64,000 nucleotides of DNA. Source: Amoebidium appalachense (taxonomy: Eukaryota > Protista > Ichthyosporea). The translations under genes were made by a program, and so were the position numbers. A model generated the notes under the pieces. The model saw only the letters and a program-made list of their open reading frames with translations, was not told where the DNA came from and ran no database searches. Of this stretch, positions 63,311 to 64,000 are shown piece after piece. Each line of letters starts with the position of its first letter. Position 1 is the first letter of the stretch. Location of the stretch: contig CAVNZM010000009.1 of NCBI GenBank assembly GCA_963693365.1, forward strand, positions 7,607,408 through 7,671,407, in the 5' to 3' direction.

Positions 63311-64000
63311 AGGCATGCTAATCCAGGATGAGTGGGTGCTGGTTCTAGCCACCATCATGCTGTCTTGTTCTTTCCTGCGTGCTTCTGCCTTTCAAGCGGT
63401 ACTGATGCTTTTATCCCCCCTTCCCCCCCCCCCCCCATCCCGCCTGTCCCCTCCCGGAAAGGGTAGACTACAATCATTTGGTTATATATCTGCACCAAGC
63501 AGTGGAAGGAAGATCTTGGCACAATGTATATGTAAAGATTACCATTACATGATTGGTGCGATCTGAATAGGGATTTGCTTAGCTCAAAATATAATATACT
63601 AGTACGTACTACATATTAGTCAAACTTCATATTGCTCGTATGGTTGTTTTACGCACACACACACATCGGGCAAAGGCCTGCCTTGTGCCTATTGGTCACT
63701 TGGTGCAGAAATTGAAGGAATCATTGGATAGTGGCACAATGTCTTTTTTAGCCAATTAGGCAGTTTTGGAGTTTATAACCGACGATAAATAATGATAATG
63801 GGCCTCTTTCTGGTTAGATATGCAATGGTTATTCTACTCACCAGATATAATTAATTATTACTTTTTTTTTGCCTGGGCAGATATACAGTCTTGGAGTTGT
63901 GTTTTTGGAATTGTTAACTGGGTTCCCCTCAACGTTGGAGCCCGGGTGTGTTTTTCTGCCTGATCATGTGGATACCATACTCGACCAGTGTGTGTGTGTG

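Overview
Eukaryotic genomic DNA from an intron-rich organism whose introns are packed with poly-C/poly-G and (CA)n/(GT)n tracts, so most ORF-track entries are noise. The organism cannot be identified from sequence alone. Host genes, reconstructed by hand from splice sites: the 5' part of a RIOK3-like gene (minus, runs off the left edge), a ~14-finger C2H2 protein, a single-pass membrane protein, endonuclease V (minus, 7 exons, one GC-AG intron) and an ankyrin-repeat + IRAK/Pelle-like pseudokinase. Between ENDOV and the ankyrin gene lies an 18.6-kb nest of five mobile elements. A TIR element (32215-50822) contains a tyrosine-recombinase element (32454-47606) with PAT/Ngaro-type split direct repeats A1-B1-A2-B2, a gag-like ORF, an intact YR, a candidate intron and no RT/RNase H. 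Its gag-like ORF is split by a Ty3/Gypsy chromovirus (33281-44404, TSD CAAGG), whose 3' LTR carries a gag-only LTR element (33636-36366, TSD CTATC). Its A2 repeat is split by a solo LTR (46160-47072, TSD CCCAT). The RT-less YR element and the non-canonical priming/packaging signals shared by the two LTR elements are the best novelty candidates. Several single-base frameshifts fall in homopolymers and are probably assembly errors.
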